Of a stretch of 64,000 nucleotides of DNA, positions 36,213 to 49,210 are shown one piece after another; position 1 is the stretch's first letter; every line of letters starts with the position of its first letter. The notes beneath the pieces are model-generated. The model did no database searches. It had not been told where the DNA came from and saw only the letters and a list, made by a program, of their open reading frames with translations. The position numbers and the translations under genes were made by a program. This DNA is from Malacoraja senta (taxonomy: Eukaryota), in contig CM075989.1 in the NCBI GenBank assembly GCA_038087875.1, forward strand, positions 17,672,001 through 17,736,000. Direction: 5' to 3'.

Positions 36213-37215
36213 TGCTGGACTGTGTTGAGCTCTACTGGACTTTGCTGAGATGGGTTGTGCTGGGCTCTGCTGGACTCAGCTCAGATGGGTTGTGCTGGGC
36301 TCTGCTGGACTCAGCTCAGATGGGTTGTGCTGGGCTCTGCTGGACTCAGCTCAGATGGGTTGTGCTGGGCTCTGCTGGACTCAGCTCAGATGGGTTGTGC
36401 TGGGCTCTGCTGGACTCAGCTCAGATTGGTTGTGCTGGGCTCTGCTGGACTTTGCTGGACTCAGCTCACATGGGTTGTGCTGGGCTCTGCTGGACTCAGC
36501 TCAGATTGGTTGTGCTGGGCTCTGCTGAACTTTGCTGGACTCAGCTCAGATGGGTTGTGCTGGGCTCTGCTGGACTCAGCTCAGATGGGTTCTGCTGGAC
36601 TCAGCTCAGATGGGTTGTGCTGGGCTCTGCTGGACTCAGCTCAGATTGGTTGTGCTGGGCTCTGCTGGACTCAGCTCAGATGGGTTGTGCTGGGCTCTGC
36701 TGGACTCAGCTCAGATGGGTTGTGCTGGGCTCTGCTGGACTCAGCTCAGATGGGTTCTGCTGGACTCAGCTCAGATGGGTTGTGCTGGGCTCTGCTGGAC
36801 TCAGCTCAGATTGGTTGTGCTGGGCTCTGCTGGACTCAGCTCAGATGGGTTGTGCTGGGCTCTGCTGGACTCAGCTCAGATGGGTTCTGCTGGACTCAGC
36901 TCAGATGGGTTGTGCTGGACTCAGCGCAGCTGAGTTGTGCTGGACTGTGCTCGGCTAGGCTGAGCTCAGCTGGGTTGTGCTGGACTCAGCTCAGCTGGGT
37001 TGTGCTGTGCTGGCGTGGGCTCTGCTGGGACATCCTGGGCCGATCTGAGCACTGCTTGGCCGGGCTCTGTTGGAACAGGTGGAGCTCTGCTGGGTTGTGT
37101 TATGATCTACTGGACTGTGCTTGGCCAGCCTCTGTTGGAACAGGCTGAGCTCTGCTGGGTTGTGTAGTGACCTACTGGGCTCTGCTGGAACAGGCCAAGC
37201 TCTGCTTGGTTGTAC
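36213..37215. repeat. 35-bp minisatellite built from pentamers (TGGGT TGTGC TGGGC TCTGC TGGAC TCAGC TCAGA)
   Basis: About 19 near-identical units at 36251-36920, with 25- and 45-nt variants, decaying toward ~37215. Confidence 0.95.
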
Positions 37216-37949
37216 TTGCTGTCCCAGGGCAATGCCAGGGCAGTGGGAGGCTGAGTGAAGTGCACATGGTTGGGTGAGCAGGAGGATCAGGTTGTTCTGA
37301 ACTATTACCCATATCCACTTGGGCTCTAATACGGTAATTTATTTTTGTCTCATGCTTGACAGTATATAGACCTGTTCCAATAGACAGTTTGAGTGAATAG
37401 CTATGTGACCTACATTAAAGGTCCAATTTTTATGTTTTTGCATGAATTGGATATAAATCTGTCAAATAGAATAATATCCGTATAATATCCATATAATATC
37501 CAAACAAGTATGCTTCAACAATTAGTTTATTTAACTTCCAATATATATATTTTTTAATTCAATTGTACCATGCACATTTGTTGGTATTAGTACGTCTATG
37601 TTTTAGTCAAATGCTTTGCTAAAAAAAAATCAATTATCTAAAGCTTACCTATTTTCCATTTAAAAAGAAACAGAACTCAGCAGCTTGCACAAATTTATTT
37701 TTGAGCTTTTCCAGAGAACATCATTAACATAAAAACTAGCAGAGCTCTCATCTGAAATTATTGGTGTTGAGTCCAGAAGCCTAGACTCTGCCGGGTCAAA
37801 GAATATGGCACTATTGCTCATTACTGCACGTGTCCAAAAATTATAGTCTTTGCAGTCCTCAAGTCAGTCCATGATTTTGAATGATGTCTTATTTTTCATA
37901 GAAATTAAATTGAGCAACATATAGAAATAAAGAGTGACAGGATCCATTT

Positions 37950-38195
37950 AGTTTAGTTTTATTTAGGGCAACAGTATGGAACCAGGCCCTTTGGCCCACC
38001 AAATCCTAACTGACTATCGATCACTCGATCGCGCTAGTTCTTATGTTATCCCACTTTCCACATTACAAGGGGCAATTTACAGAGGCTAATTAAGCTACAA
38101 ACCCACACATCTTTGGGGTGTGTGAGGGAACAGGGATACCCAGAGGATACCCACGCAGTCACAAGGAGAACATGCAAACTCCACAAAGACAGCAT
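37950..38195 (-). mobile_element. Degenerate V-SINE
   Basis: Same body and tail as 10612-10937, with a (CTAAA)n tail. Confidence 0.7.
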
Positions 38196-38654
38196 CCAAG
38201 CCCTTTTGCATCTGCAAGAGACTGATCCTTCTTATTCCATTTCCAACCAATCTTGTTTCGCATTATCATTAATTTTATCCTATAATTTCTCTTGCCTTCC
38301 GTCCTTTCTTTTCGCTCCTCGCTTAAACCATTTATTTTAAAACACTGTTCCCATTCTGATAAAGGCTATTAAATTGGAATATTAATTATTTCTCTCCATA
38401 GATGATGCCTGACCTGCTAAGCAATTCCAATATTTTCTATTTCCATTTCAGATTATCAACATTCATATGCGTTAGTTTGGTTTTGCACTTGCTTTATTGA
38501 CCTCCACACCTGCCAGGAATTTCAGCATCTATTTGTGTTAATTTACAATTTGACCCGAGTAGAGTAATCATACAAAATTGCCGTACCTAATCAATTATTC
38601 AATGTCTACTCAATGTCTCCATTAAAAAAACATTATAGATTTTAACATTATAGA

Positions 38655-38870
38655 ATGAGGCCCCTCCCCTCGTTCTTCTAAACTGCAGCGAGTACAGTCC
38701 CAGTGCCATCAAACACTCATCATACTGTATGTTAACCTACACATTCCTGGGATCATTCTTGTAAACCTCCTCTGGGCCCTCTCCAAAGCCAATACATCCT
38801 TCCTCAGATATGGTGCCCAAAACTGCTCACAATATTCCAAATGCAGCCTGGCCAGCGCCTATATGATAAC
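38655..38870 (-). mobile_element. CR1 ORF2 fragment
   Basis: Minus strand ALARLHLEYCEQFWAPYLRKDVLALERAQRRFTRMIPGM. Confidence 0.8.
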
Positions 38871-39839
38871 GTTCTATTGAATCGTATCATACAACCTGCC
38901 TTCCGCTGCCATGGCTCAATGATAAAGCACTTGCGTCTGAGTCCAACAATTCAAATCCAAGTCCACGAAATTTTATTAAAAGTATCTTGGCGACACGCTA
39001 CCGCAGCACTGCAAGATATCTTTTGGATGAACTATTATCTATAATTCAAAAAACACTTTGAAAGGTCAACATATAAGAAGAATATACACAAGAATTACAT
39101 GTCGTCCTGAAACATCCTCTGCTAAGTTTGCTATGTCTCACAGTATTTAGGTCAAGATAGAGCTACCACTGAGACTTACAGCCTAGGAGACAATGTGTAT
39201 CGTTAAAGGACAAACAGTAAGTAATATCAAAGCTGCCTTGGCCTGGAATTCAACCGGTACCTTTTTCAACATGCAGGCCATCACGATGCAGCACCATCCA
39301 GAAATGTTAGCACCATTACTCACGACTATTTGAGGATTCAAAATATCAGCTGTTGAATTATACAATGCAGCCAAGAACTAGGTAGAGACCAGTGATATCA
39401 TGGTTTGTCAAACAGGCTGTGTTACCAATGACTCATCTGTACTTGAGATGTAACCTTCCACACAAAATTACTTATGATCAATCCTGACAATTAGTGGATA
39501 TTTCTTATGTCATTTCAGTGCAATCATGTAATTGCCTTTATGGAAAATACCTTTCTTCAAAGCCGAGTCAGTTATTTCTGGCTTTTACACAACAGTGACT
39601 AGATTGGACAACCTATTGTAAAAGCAGCCATCTTATCAATAGTAATATGAGGCACACTACCCATCAATAATTTCCCCATAAACCAGTGCTGTCATCCACT
39701 ACATTAGCTCATGCACTGATGCACACACAACCAGCCAACCCAAACTGTCACACACACATTAAAAGTTGACATCCTTGGCTTTGGTTCCACCAAGTATGGG
39801 TTTGAAGTTTTCACAATAACCGAGCCTCCTTGTTACAGA

Positions 39840-40048
39840 GGGTGGGTTTTCTCCAAGATCTTCGGTTTCCTCCCACTCCAAAGATGTACAGGTTTGTAGG
39901 TTGGTAAATGTAAAAATGGTAGGTTGGCAAATGTAAAAATTGTCCCGAGTGGGTGTAGGATAGTGTTAGTGTGCAGGGATTGCTGGTCGGCGCAGACCTG
40001 GTGGGCTGAAGGGCCTGTTTCCGGGCTGTATGTCTAAAACTAAAACTA
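39840..40048 (+). mobile_element. 5'-truncated V-SINE
   Basis: cggtttcctccca..gtacaggtttgtagg..gggcctgtttcc..(CTAAAA)n. Confidence 0.75.
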
Positions 40049-41059
40049 GGTGCAGGATATAAAAACTAACTTAAAGAATATTGTGCTTATGTTAAATACG
40101 GAACTCAAATGATTCCTGGCGCTTATCATACCACAAATTGATAGTTATATGTAATCATATCACAGCATATACTTTTCACATACACACACATCTAAATATA
40201 CTCTGTTAGAACTCTATTCATGTGCTTCTTTGGGTTCAGTGACCCCCATCAGGTATGCTAGAGTGTCGTCATTAATGCTTTACCTGTATATGCGAGTGTG
40301 ATCACACAAACGAAGACTGACAGCAACATAAAGTATTAAGAAAGGCATGACATTTCTGTTGAAGGTTCATTGACCTAAAACATAAGCTCTTTTTCTCTCC
40401 ATATAAATGCTGGCTGGTTTGTCGAGTATTCTCCACCATTCCATTTCATGTTACATCAAAAGAACCTGGGTTGCTGTTGCATAAATCATTGTTTGAATCT
40501 CATTTGGATTTCAATTGCAATTCTAATCACCGTAGTCTTAACTTTAACTCTGGTGGGATTTGGTCAGGAGTCACAGAGTCATACAGCACAGAAACATGCC
40601 CTTCAGCCCTACTTGACCATGCCGACCAGGATACCCTATCTAGGCTACTCCTGACCCAGCTGTCTGAAGAAAGATCCTGACTCGAAACATTGTCTGTTCA
40701 TTCCCTCCACCGATGCTGCCTGTCCTGCTGAGTTCCTCCAGGACTATTTTAGACATTAGGCAAATTCTGCTTAAAATAGGCAAAAGAAAGTGTTCAGATA
40801 TCTGTTCTCAGCGGAATGTGGGGTTGGGTCACAGTGAATATTTGCTTCGGAGGAATGGAAGAAGTCACAGGTTGGATTTGGAAGCAGTGTGGTGCCAAAA
40901 CAAAACAAAAATACTACCTGCTGGGGCCTCGTCTATTTTCTATCAAATCCTGACTGGATTTGCCTAGTAAGAAAAACATGATGGTTGTCTGTAATTAAAG
41001 AAGGATACTGTTAGCATTGATAGAGCAACTCAAAGAAGAGGCCAGGAGGCTGTTAAGAG

Positions 41060-41735
41060 CATAGAATAGTAAAGCACACATACAGGTCCTTTGCCCCACA
41101 ATGTTTGTCCCACATGATGCCAAGGTCAACTCTTATCTGCCTGCACATCATCCATGTTCCTCCATCCCTGCATATCCATGTGCCTATCTAAAAGTCTCTT
41201 AAATACCACTATTGTATCTTCCTTCACCACCACGCCTGGAAGTGTTCCAGGCACTCACTGCCCTCTTTGTAAAAAAAAAAAACTTGCCTCTGTTGAACTT
41301 TGCATCTCCCACCGTGAAAAAAACTTTTCCCACACATCTCCTTTAAACTTTGCCCCTCTCACCTCAAATGTCCACTGGTATATGATATTTCCATCTTGGG
41401 AAAAAGGTTCTGAGTATACACCCTATCTATGCCTCTCGTAATTTTATACACTTCTTTCACTTCCTCACACACTGCTGCTTGTGAGAAAACAATCCAATTC
41501 TGTCCAACCTCTCGTTGTGGCTAATATCGCCTAATCCAGACATCATTCTGGTAAACATCTTCTGGTAAACTTTCCAACGCCTCCACATCCTTCCTGTAAT
41601 GAGGCGACCAGAGCTGCGCACAATACTCCAATGTAGCCTAACCAAAGTCCTATAAAGCTGCATCTTGGCTTCCTGACTCTGATACTCAATGCCCCAAGCA
41701 ATGAAGCCAAGCATATCATATGCCTTCTTTACTAA
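41060..41735 (-). mobile_element. CR1 LINE 3' fragment
   Basis: KKAYDMLGFIAWGIEYQSQE..LYRTLVRLH..FTRMMSGL..ERLDRIGLFS. Confidence 0.8.
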
Positions 41736-43129
41736 TTGCAATAACGTAGCAAAACGTTGGCAGGTTGGTAAATTTGAATTACTTTTTAAAACATAGAAGA
41801 CTATTAAATGTTAATAATCGCTCTAATGATGGGATAGTTGCTGCCCGGTAGACCAGGAGACTAGGAGTTGCTTGCTGAGCTTAGAGCCAGAGGCGTTGTG
41901 TCTGCAGGAAGGAACTGCAGATGCTCGTTTACAGTAAATATATGCAAAATGCTGGAGTAACTCAAGGCAGCATCTCTGGATAACAGGAATAGGTAACGTT
42001 TTGGGTTGAGACCCTTCTTCAGACAAAGTCAGTTCACTCAAGAAGCATTCTATTTAAAGAAACAAATAATAGCAACTTCACCCAGTAAAATAACATTTTT
42101 TTTCAGAATATTGCTGATGATTATGTATACATTCAGTGTGTAAAATCAGTCTTCTTAACCTAAAAGCAGTATAACCACCAAGTTCGATTCAATTGGGAAT
42201 TCTGGCTGCTCTGTGTTGTTGCTGTAGGTGGTCCTTATTCGGAGAAGGCACGGGGAGTGTGGTGGGGGTAAAAACACTACTGACCTCCTTCCCCCATAGA
42301 CTCCAACTCATTGCTTGAGGAGGTGACAACAATGAATGACATTTTTGCTTGACCTACGCATTATTCTAAGCCGTCAAGATTGGACCTGAACAGTCTACGA
42401 TGGATCAATAGTATAATCTGTTGGCATGTTGCATCCATAATTTAACCACTCAGCTTTTTCACTTTGGTTGTGAAATTCAATGTTGATGTGACCCAGGCAA
42501 TTTTTCAATTTTAACCGCTCATCCCTGCGACTTATGGAGAGCAAGTTTGATTTAAATTGTCCTGCCAACCTTTAAAATATTATACATTTCTTTGAAATAC
42601 TAAATCAGCACTGAGCAGGCATGCTCCTACATTTTACATCTGAATAATGAAGAAAGGTTTATGAAATATGGGTCTTTGTAAAGAGCATATTCTGTTATAT
42701 AAAGTATTCTGACTATAAAGTATTCTGAAAATATTCTGAATATAAAGTTTTCTGATTGAAATTGCTGGTTTATAAGGATTCAAAAGTCATATGCATCCAA
42801 TAGGAATCAGATCAGATGGATGTCCAATCACGCCATGTCTCATGCAGTCGTGACTTTGTCCGCAATATTTCTTTAGTCAGCCAAAGTACCATTTAGGATC
42901 CCATGAGGCAATATATTAACACACACCGCATAAAATCAATATTCTATTCCATCTCCCAGTCCGCAATAAACCTTACAGGATTCATTTCACATATGATAAA
43001 ATGCAAAGAGGTATTTGTTGGCCTAGAGTAGGTTTTTGGGATTGCATTGATTTTTGACATTGGATACTACTTGCTCTGACGGCTTATTTTTCATATCCCG
43101 ATTAAGCCATTAAGGTTTTTTTTAGGATC

Positions 43130-43305
43130 AGTGTGGAAACAGGCACTTTGGCTCACCGAGTCCACGCCGACCAGCGATCCCCGCACATTAACACTATCCT
43201 ACACACACTGGGGACAATTTACACTTACACCAAGCCAATTAACCTACAAACCTGTTCGTCTTTGGAATGTGGGAGGAAACCAAAGAACTCGGAGAAAACC
43301 CACGA
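43130..43305 (-). mobile_element. V-SINE 3' half
   Basis: Matches 10640-10810. Confidence 0.75.
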
Positions 43306-43439
43306 TTGTTAACTTGGATTTTATTGGACATTAATTGTGAAGGGAATGGTGATTTTTGTTGTCCTCTCACCCACTTCAACCACTTCCCTCATCCAATCTC
43401 AGTTCTTGTCCTTGGAATTTGCACCTGACATATTGTTGA

Positions 43440-44530
43440 GCTCTTCTACCTCTGGTCCTCCTCCATTGCCAGAATGAGGCCACACGCAAATAGGAGAAAC
43501 AGCACCTTGGGTAGCTTACAACCCAATGGTATATACATCTGAAGAAGGGTCTCGACCTGAAACGTTACCCATTCCTTCTCTCCAGATATGCTACCTGTCC
43601 CGCTGAGTAACTCCAGCTTTTTGTGTCAATCTTAGGTATATGCATTGAATTCTCCAATCTTCGGTAACCAACCTACAATTCCAACTCCTGACCCCCCCCC
43701 CCCCCCCTGTTTTTCCCCTCTCTTCCCTGTGCCCTACCTGGACGTACATCCCATTTCTCCCCTTCCCCTTGTATCCCTACCTCTGGTTTCACATTTCATG
43801 GCTCTTCTATCCTTATCTCACACCTTGTCCTTTCATCTTTGGCCTTTGTCCAACCATCAGCCAGTCAAAACCCCTCTTCACATATATCCACCTATCATCT
43901 GCAGAAGATGCAACACCTGTCCCTATACCTCCTCCCTCGATACTGTTCAGGTACCCCGACAGTCCTTTCAGATTAGGCAGAGGTTCACTTGCACCTCTCC
44001 CAACCTCATCTACTGTATCCTTTGTTCAAGATGTGGACTCCTATACATCGGCGAGGCCAAACGCAGACTGGGCGATCGTTTCGCGGAACACCTTCGCTCA
44101 ACCCGCCTGAACCTATCTGATCTCCTGCTTGCTGGACACTTTAATTCTCCTTCCCATTCCTACACAGACCTTTCTGTCCTAGGTCTCCATAATCAGAGTG
44201 AGGCTAAACACAAATTGGAGGAACAGCATCTCATATTTCACTTGGGCAGCTTACAGCCCAGTGGGATGAATATTGATTTCTCTAACTTCAAGTAACCCCA
44301 GCATTCCCTCTCTCTCTCTCTCTATCCCTCCCCCACCCATGGCCCACTAGCATCTCGTTTTCACCCTACAAACAGCTAAATGGCCTGTTTCTTTTATCAT
44401 CGTTACTTTTTTGTATATCTTTCATTCTTCTTTACTTCTCCACATCACTGTCTATATCTCTCATTTCCCTTATCCCTAACCAGTCTGAAGGAGGGTCTCA
44501 ACCCGAAACGTCTGCAGTTCCCTCTTACAC
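43440..44530 (+). mobile_element. Penelope-like element: tandem 3' repeats with an open GIY-YIG endonuclease coding region (~43899-44295)
   Basis: CRRCNTC..FTCTSPNLIYCILCSRCGLLYIGEAKRRLGDRFAEH..HF..H..EEQHLIFHLGSLQPSGMN. An older partial copy lies upstream, and a hammerhead-like motif sits at 44485-44512 in the 3' UTR. Confidence 0.9.
43539..43634 (+). mobile_element. Hammerhead-motif short unit nested in an older Penelope copy
   Basis: CTGAAGAAGGGTCTCGACCTGAAACGTT.., with an 11-bp near-perfect TSD GGTATAT(A/G)CAT at 43528-43538 and 43635-43645. Confidence 0.8.
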
Positions 44531-46099
44531 ATCTGTGAGACTTTGCCCCCACTCCCACCTCTCAAACAACTTTCTGCCCCACCCCTTCACTACAATCAAT
44601 CTGACCCAAAACTTCACCTATCCATGTTCTCCAGAGATGCTGTGCTGTCTGTACCCGCTGAGTTACTCCAGCACTTTGTCATCTTGTTATTATATTAAAC
44701 TTCTATATGCTCTCAGCTCACCGAAACTCATCCTCTCTTGCAATCCTACCTTCACTATTCCAAATATAACCACTCGTACATCTCATCCCATCATCCCAAA
44801 GAGTCCAATGAATAAATTCACCCCAACAAGACCACCCATACATCTCCGCCACATAAATATACCTGTCATACACGAAGATAATGTGTTGAAGAGTGGACAT
44901 TAACCCAAGTCAATCCTCACATGCTAAATAAACTCATTCATGTTAACTACAAACATACCCACTTTTCAATCCCCAAGTGCCAGCCCAGATTCCCACTCAA
45001 TCCTCAAATCCTCCTACACTTAACTTTGTCCATGCGTATCTGTCGCCGTCCTTTCCCCAACACATCCAATGCTGAAAGCGACTCAATGCTTCAAGGTAAA
45101 CATTAGTTTCTTATACTAATGTATAAATTAATGTTTTTGTAATGAAAAATTCCCATTCCCTTTTATGTTGTCAGTTTTACACCGAGAGGGAAAGAAGGAG
45201 CCATTGAGTGTCACCAACAATGCTGCCCTTTTGTTGGGGCCTGCACTGTGCAAACCCTTCTCACCCCCACTTCAGTATGCAGCCTTGTATTAACAAAACA
45301 AGCATCTTGCAATTGGTCTCACTTCAAACATCTTCAAAGACAATCCCAAACGTTGAGCATTTTGTTCCCCCTTTTGCCACGTAAATGGAATTCATAGTGT
45401 GCATCGGTATTAGGCCAGCAGGAACTCGGAATGTCAGCCTGCATTTTTTAAATTTAACCCACAGACATCGAGTTTATTGTTAAGATAACTTCTGTTAGTC
45501 TTGTAATCCAAATGTAAACCTGACCAACATTGCTTGCATAACCAGGCATTGGCTTTCAATGTTATTGGTGCAGAGAGATGCTGGGAAATCAGGGGCCACA
45601 TATCTGAAGTCATTGTATAAGGATTAGAGGGGGGGGGGGGGGGGTTGTGAAAAAAACATTCATCCAGTGGTTCATAGACTCTGCCTGAAAACGTGTCTGT
45701 AGGAAAAACAGCATTGCATTTAAAGTATATTTGGCTATGCAGTTAAAGAGTCTTGGTCTGTGGAGATACTGATGACTGCTCAAAGGTGCCATTAGGTCAC
45801 GTAGCACTTTTTTAACTATCACAGACATGATGGGCTAAATGGCCTTCTCCTGTGACATAAATATGTCTTCTGGGAGAAGTCTCAGGATTAGAGGAAAACA
45901 GCACTATGTAAAGATTGCAGCAGCAGGAGAAGTCAAAATAGACGAGCCGGAGAGATCTCTGCTTGACTCAAAGTGTATATATACATGATAACTCCAACAA
46001 TGATATTCACCCAACAGGGAATACAGTGCTCCTGGAAAAAAGTCTGTCAATAACTTATAAAAAATATCTATCATAGAAGACTATCCCATAGATGACTAT

Positions 46100-46265
46100 C
46101 CTAACATTTAAGAAGCCGTTAAACAGGGTACATGGATAGGACAGGCTTGGAGGGATATGGACCAAGCACAGGCAGGTGGGACTAGTGTAGCTGGGACATG
46201 TTGGCCAGTGTGGGCAAGTCGGGCCGAAGGGCCTGTTTCCACACTGTATCACTCTATGACTCTAA
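46100..46265 (+). mobile_element. CR1 3' end fragment
   Basis: TFKKPLNRVH..gggccgaagggcctgtttcc..(ACTCTATG)n tail. A minus-strand homolog lies at 59135-59405. Confidence 0.75.
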
Positions 46266-47807
46266 GCCAAGAGTCTTTGACAGTGCATTTGGACTTTACC
46301 CCTTTGATAAACTGTTAAAAATTATTTGAACCAATTTTAATAACACTCTGAAGATATAACACAGTTTGTGTAAACATTTCTCAGTATTAATTTTGATACA
46401 AGGGACTGCAGATGCTGATTTACAATAAGAATAAGTGCTGGAGTGACTCAGCAGGTCAGGCAGCATCCCTGGAGAACATGGATAGGTGACTTTTCAGATT
46501 GAGACCCTTCTTCATAATAATGTACTTCGCCAAAATATGGTGACTCGTGCATGTGCGAGCTGTGCAGAAAGAATTTCACTCAGCAGTGCTTAATTGACAA
46601 GAGCCATTGATATTAAATCTTTTAAAAGTAGTAATTGTATCTGCTTCTATCATTTCCTTTGACATCTGTTTCAGGTATGGACGACCTCAGACTGTTGGCA
46701 ACATTATACAGTAGACTGTGACACTGACTGCCCCAGTTCACAGGATGTGCAGTGTTCCACTCGTGACAAGACATTGCTGAAGAAACCAAAATTCCAACCA
46801 AGAGTACGAGTCCCAGAGAAAAACACCTTGATATCCACAGTGTCACTTAGACTCTGGAGAAGGGGCAATCCAATTCAGAAATGCAGTTAGCAGGCACAAT
46901 TGTGAGTTTTCCCAATGTTATCATTCGGTGCCTGAGCTGCCACAGCAGTAGATGATTCCAACACCGTAGTGGTATTCACAGCCAAATTGAATGAGATGGA
47001 GGTATAAACCTTTAGTACTGGGGTTATCAATATGGAAAGATTCTGATGCACCTCGCTGATTATGGCATCCGATTGGAAGAGCTTGATTTTGGTTTGAAAA
47101 TCATAAAGAGGTTTACATTGTCAAAATTACATTTAAATAAACTCTCCCTACGAAGTTGTGCATTGCATATTTGTTAGGGCGAGCAATGTGCACAAAACTG
47201 TGCTGATCCAAATGGATGCTAATCATTTCTGGATAATTAGTTCCATTTTGATATTACAGAGCACACTAGTGAGAATGGCCTGTAGATTGTGCAGCACAGT
47301 GTGGGCAGGGCTCCTGGGCAAAACATCTTTCTTCAATATCCCGGTTTTTATTTGTGCATTCTGCACTTATGGACTGACACAAGCCAGAAAGTATACTCCA
47401 TAGCTTGCAACTAATCTCTGATTTCAACTGCAAATTGTGAAAATTCACTTCATGCGCATTTGAGGCTTTATAAATAAAAAGTAGAGGGCACAATAGACTT
47501 AAGATGATGCCTATTGCTTGTACTATGTGAGATGTTTGCTGCCTCACGGCTGGAGTAAGCCCAACATGGCGAGAGCGTGGGTTTTCTGATTGTCCAAACT
47601 ATTAATTGCCGAGTGATTTCAGGAAGAGAGAGACACAAAATGTTGGAGTAACTCAGTGGGTCAGGCAGCATCTCTGGAGAAAAGGGATAGGTGACGTTTT
47701 CTAGGGCAGTTCTGTTTATGGATTTTGGGGAGAGGGTAAAACCAGGCCATGCAGGGCTGGGGTACGATAAGGTTGGGGGCTGTGGAGGGCAGATAGCCAG
47801 TCAGTCA

Positions 47808-48004
47808 AGGGCCTGTCCCACTTGGGCGTCATTTGCGCGTCATTTACACAACATCATTTACGCGTCACGACGTGCGCAAGGCGTGCTTTACGCGCGCATG
47901 GGGGCGTAGGCAGTGACGCGCGGTGCCCCAGGATTTTGGGATTCTCAAAATCCTCGCGCGCCACCTGCGTGACGCACAAATGACGCTCAAGTGGGACAAG
48001 CCTT
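47808..48004. mobile_element. PIF/Harbinger-like MITE
   Basis: ~35-bp TIRs AGGGCCTGTCCCACTTGGGCGTCATTTG.. and ..CAAATGACGCTCAAGTGGGACAAGCCTT. The 3-bp flanks are TCA and TAA, and the interior is CpG-rich. Confidence 0.7.
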
Positions 48005-48891
48005 TAAGTCAGTTTAAATAAATCCAGCAAACATTCAGATCAGAGAACCAGCCCCATTATTCCTTCAGTTCATTAGAATGGGTTTTACTCATTTTCTGCT
48101 TTGCTTCATTCAGACCCATGTTGTTCTATTCAATTAAACTTGTGCATTCAAATGGTAATTCTTGACACAATCTAATACCCGAGTTACAATCGCAGTGAAA
48201 TATTTCTCAAGAGTATCAGAGCCATTGTCCTCAGTACGTTCTCTATGTCCTTTCCAGATCTGCGGAGAACTCGATTATGATTCAGCGATGCCAGTTTTCT
48301 ACGAGTAATCTGATCAGCGATTGCCTGTGGTCATGTTAAAAGGCATCAGAGTGTCTCACACTGGGCACAGACAGGTTAGTATTACAGTCCAGTTAGAAGT
48401 GCAGGTTTCATTCCCTGCAGCGAACATAATGTTGGTTCCAGACTGCTTCACCTTTCATATCACAAGCACAGAGACATGGTTTTGCCCCGTGGCTCTCAAA
48501 ATCATAAAAAAGATGGCACGGATGATTTCTGGCAGTAATAATCTAGTGATATTAATATTTCAGAAGCAGTCAAACATTGATATAGAAACAATTATTGCGA
48601 TTGCACAGATTTTGAAATCACAACTATTCACAATTATGTTTTCTGACTGAAAGGAAGTGAAATAAATACTCCACGGTTTTCTCTCGTGCACCTTGGGCCA
48701 GTGTGTCCCGGGACACCACTCCCACAGGCACAGCCCCCCCCCTCCCAAGCCCCAAATTCCAGGCACGGCCTCCCCCCCACTGCCCAGAATTTTCTCCACT
48801 CAATCTTTCACAGACAATGTAAATTCACAACTAGTTCACATAACTGCACACAAGCAGACTTCAGACTGGGAGCACGGTCCCCAACCATGCG

Positions 48892-49210
48892 CGGCACTGT
48901 GGCATAGTTGGTAGTGCTGCTGCTTCACAGCGCCAGAGAACGGGTTCAATCCTGACCTCGGGTGCTGTCTGTGTGGAGTTTGTCCGTTCTCCCTGTGACC
49001 ACATGGGCTTCCTCCAGGTGCTCCGGTTTCCTCAAACATCCCAAGGACATACGGGTTTGTAGATTAATTGCCCGCCGTAAATTGCCCCAAGTGTGCAGGG
49101 GGTGGATGCAAAAGTGGGGTAACATAAAACTAGTGATCGATGGTCTGTGTGGACTCCATGGGCCAAAGGGCCTGATTCCACACTGTATCTCTAAACTAAC
49201 TAAACTAAAC
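48892..49210 (+). mobile_element. Full-length tRNA-derived V-SINE
   Basis: Box A TGGCATAGTTGG, box B GGTTCAATCC, V-domain and (CTAAA)n tail. Confidence 0.85.

Noticed and set aside
36251..36920. CRISPR-like regularly spaced repeats
   Set aside because: Head-to-tail tandem units with no unique spacers, in eukaryotic DNA with no cas genes.
36242..37148. Long ORFs (238 and 297 aa) in all three plus frames
   Set aside because: Artefact of a stop-free 35-bp tandem repeat; the peptides cycle through the three frames.
42695..42757. Short TATAAAGTATTCTGA repeats (also a 20-bp duplication at ~56767-56810)
   Set aside because: Ordinary local slippage duplications.
48258..48375. Exon-like segment on the plus strand (tttccAG...GTTAGT)
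   Set aside because: Stops in all three frames, and no independent support for a non-coding transcript.
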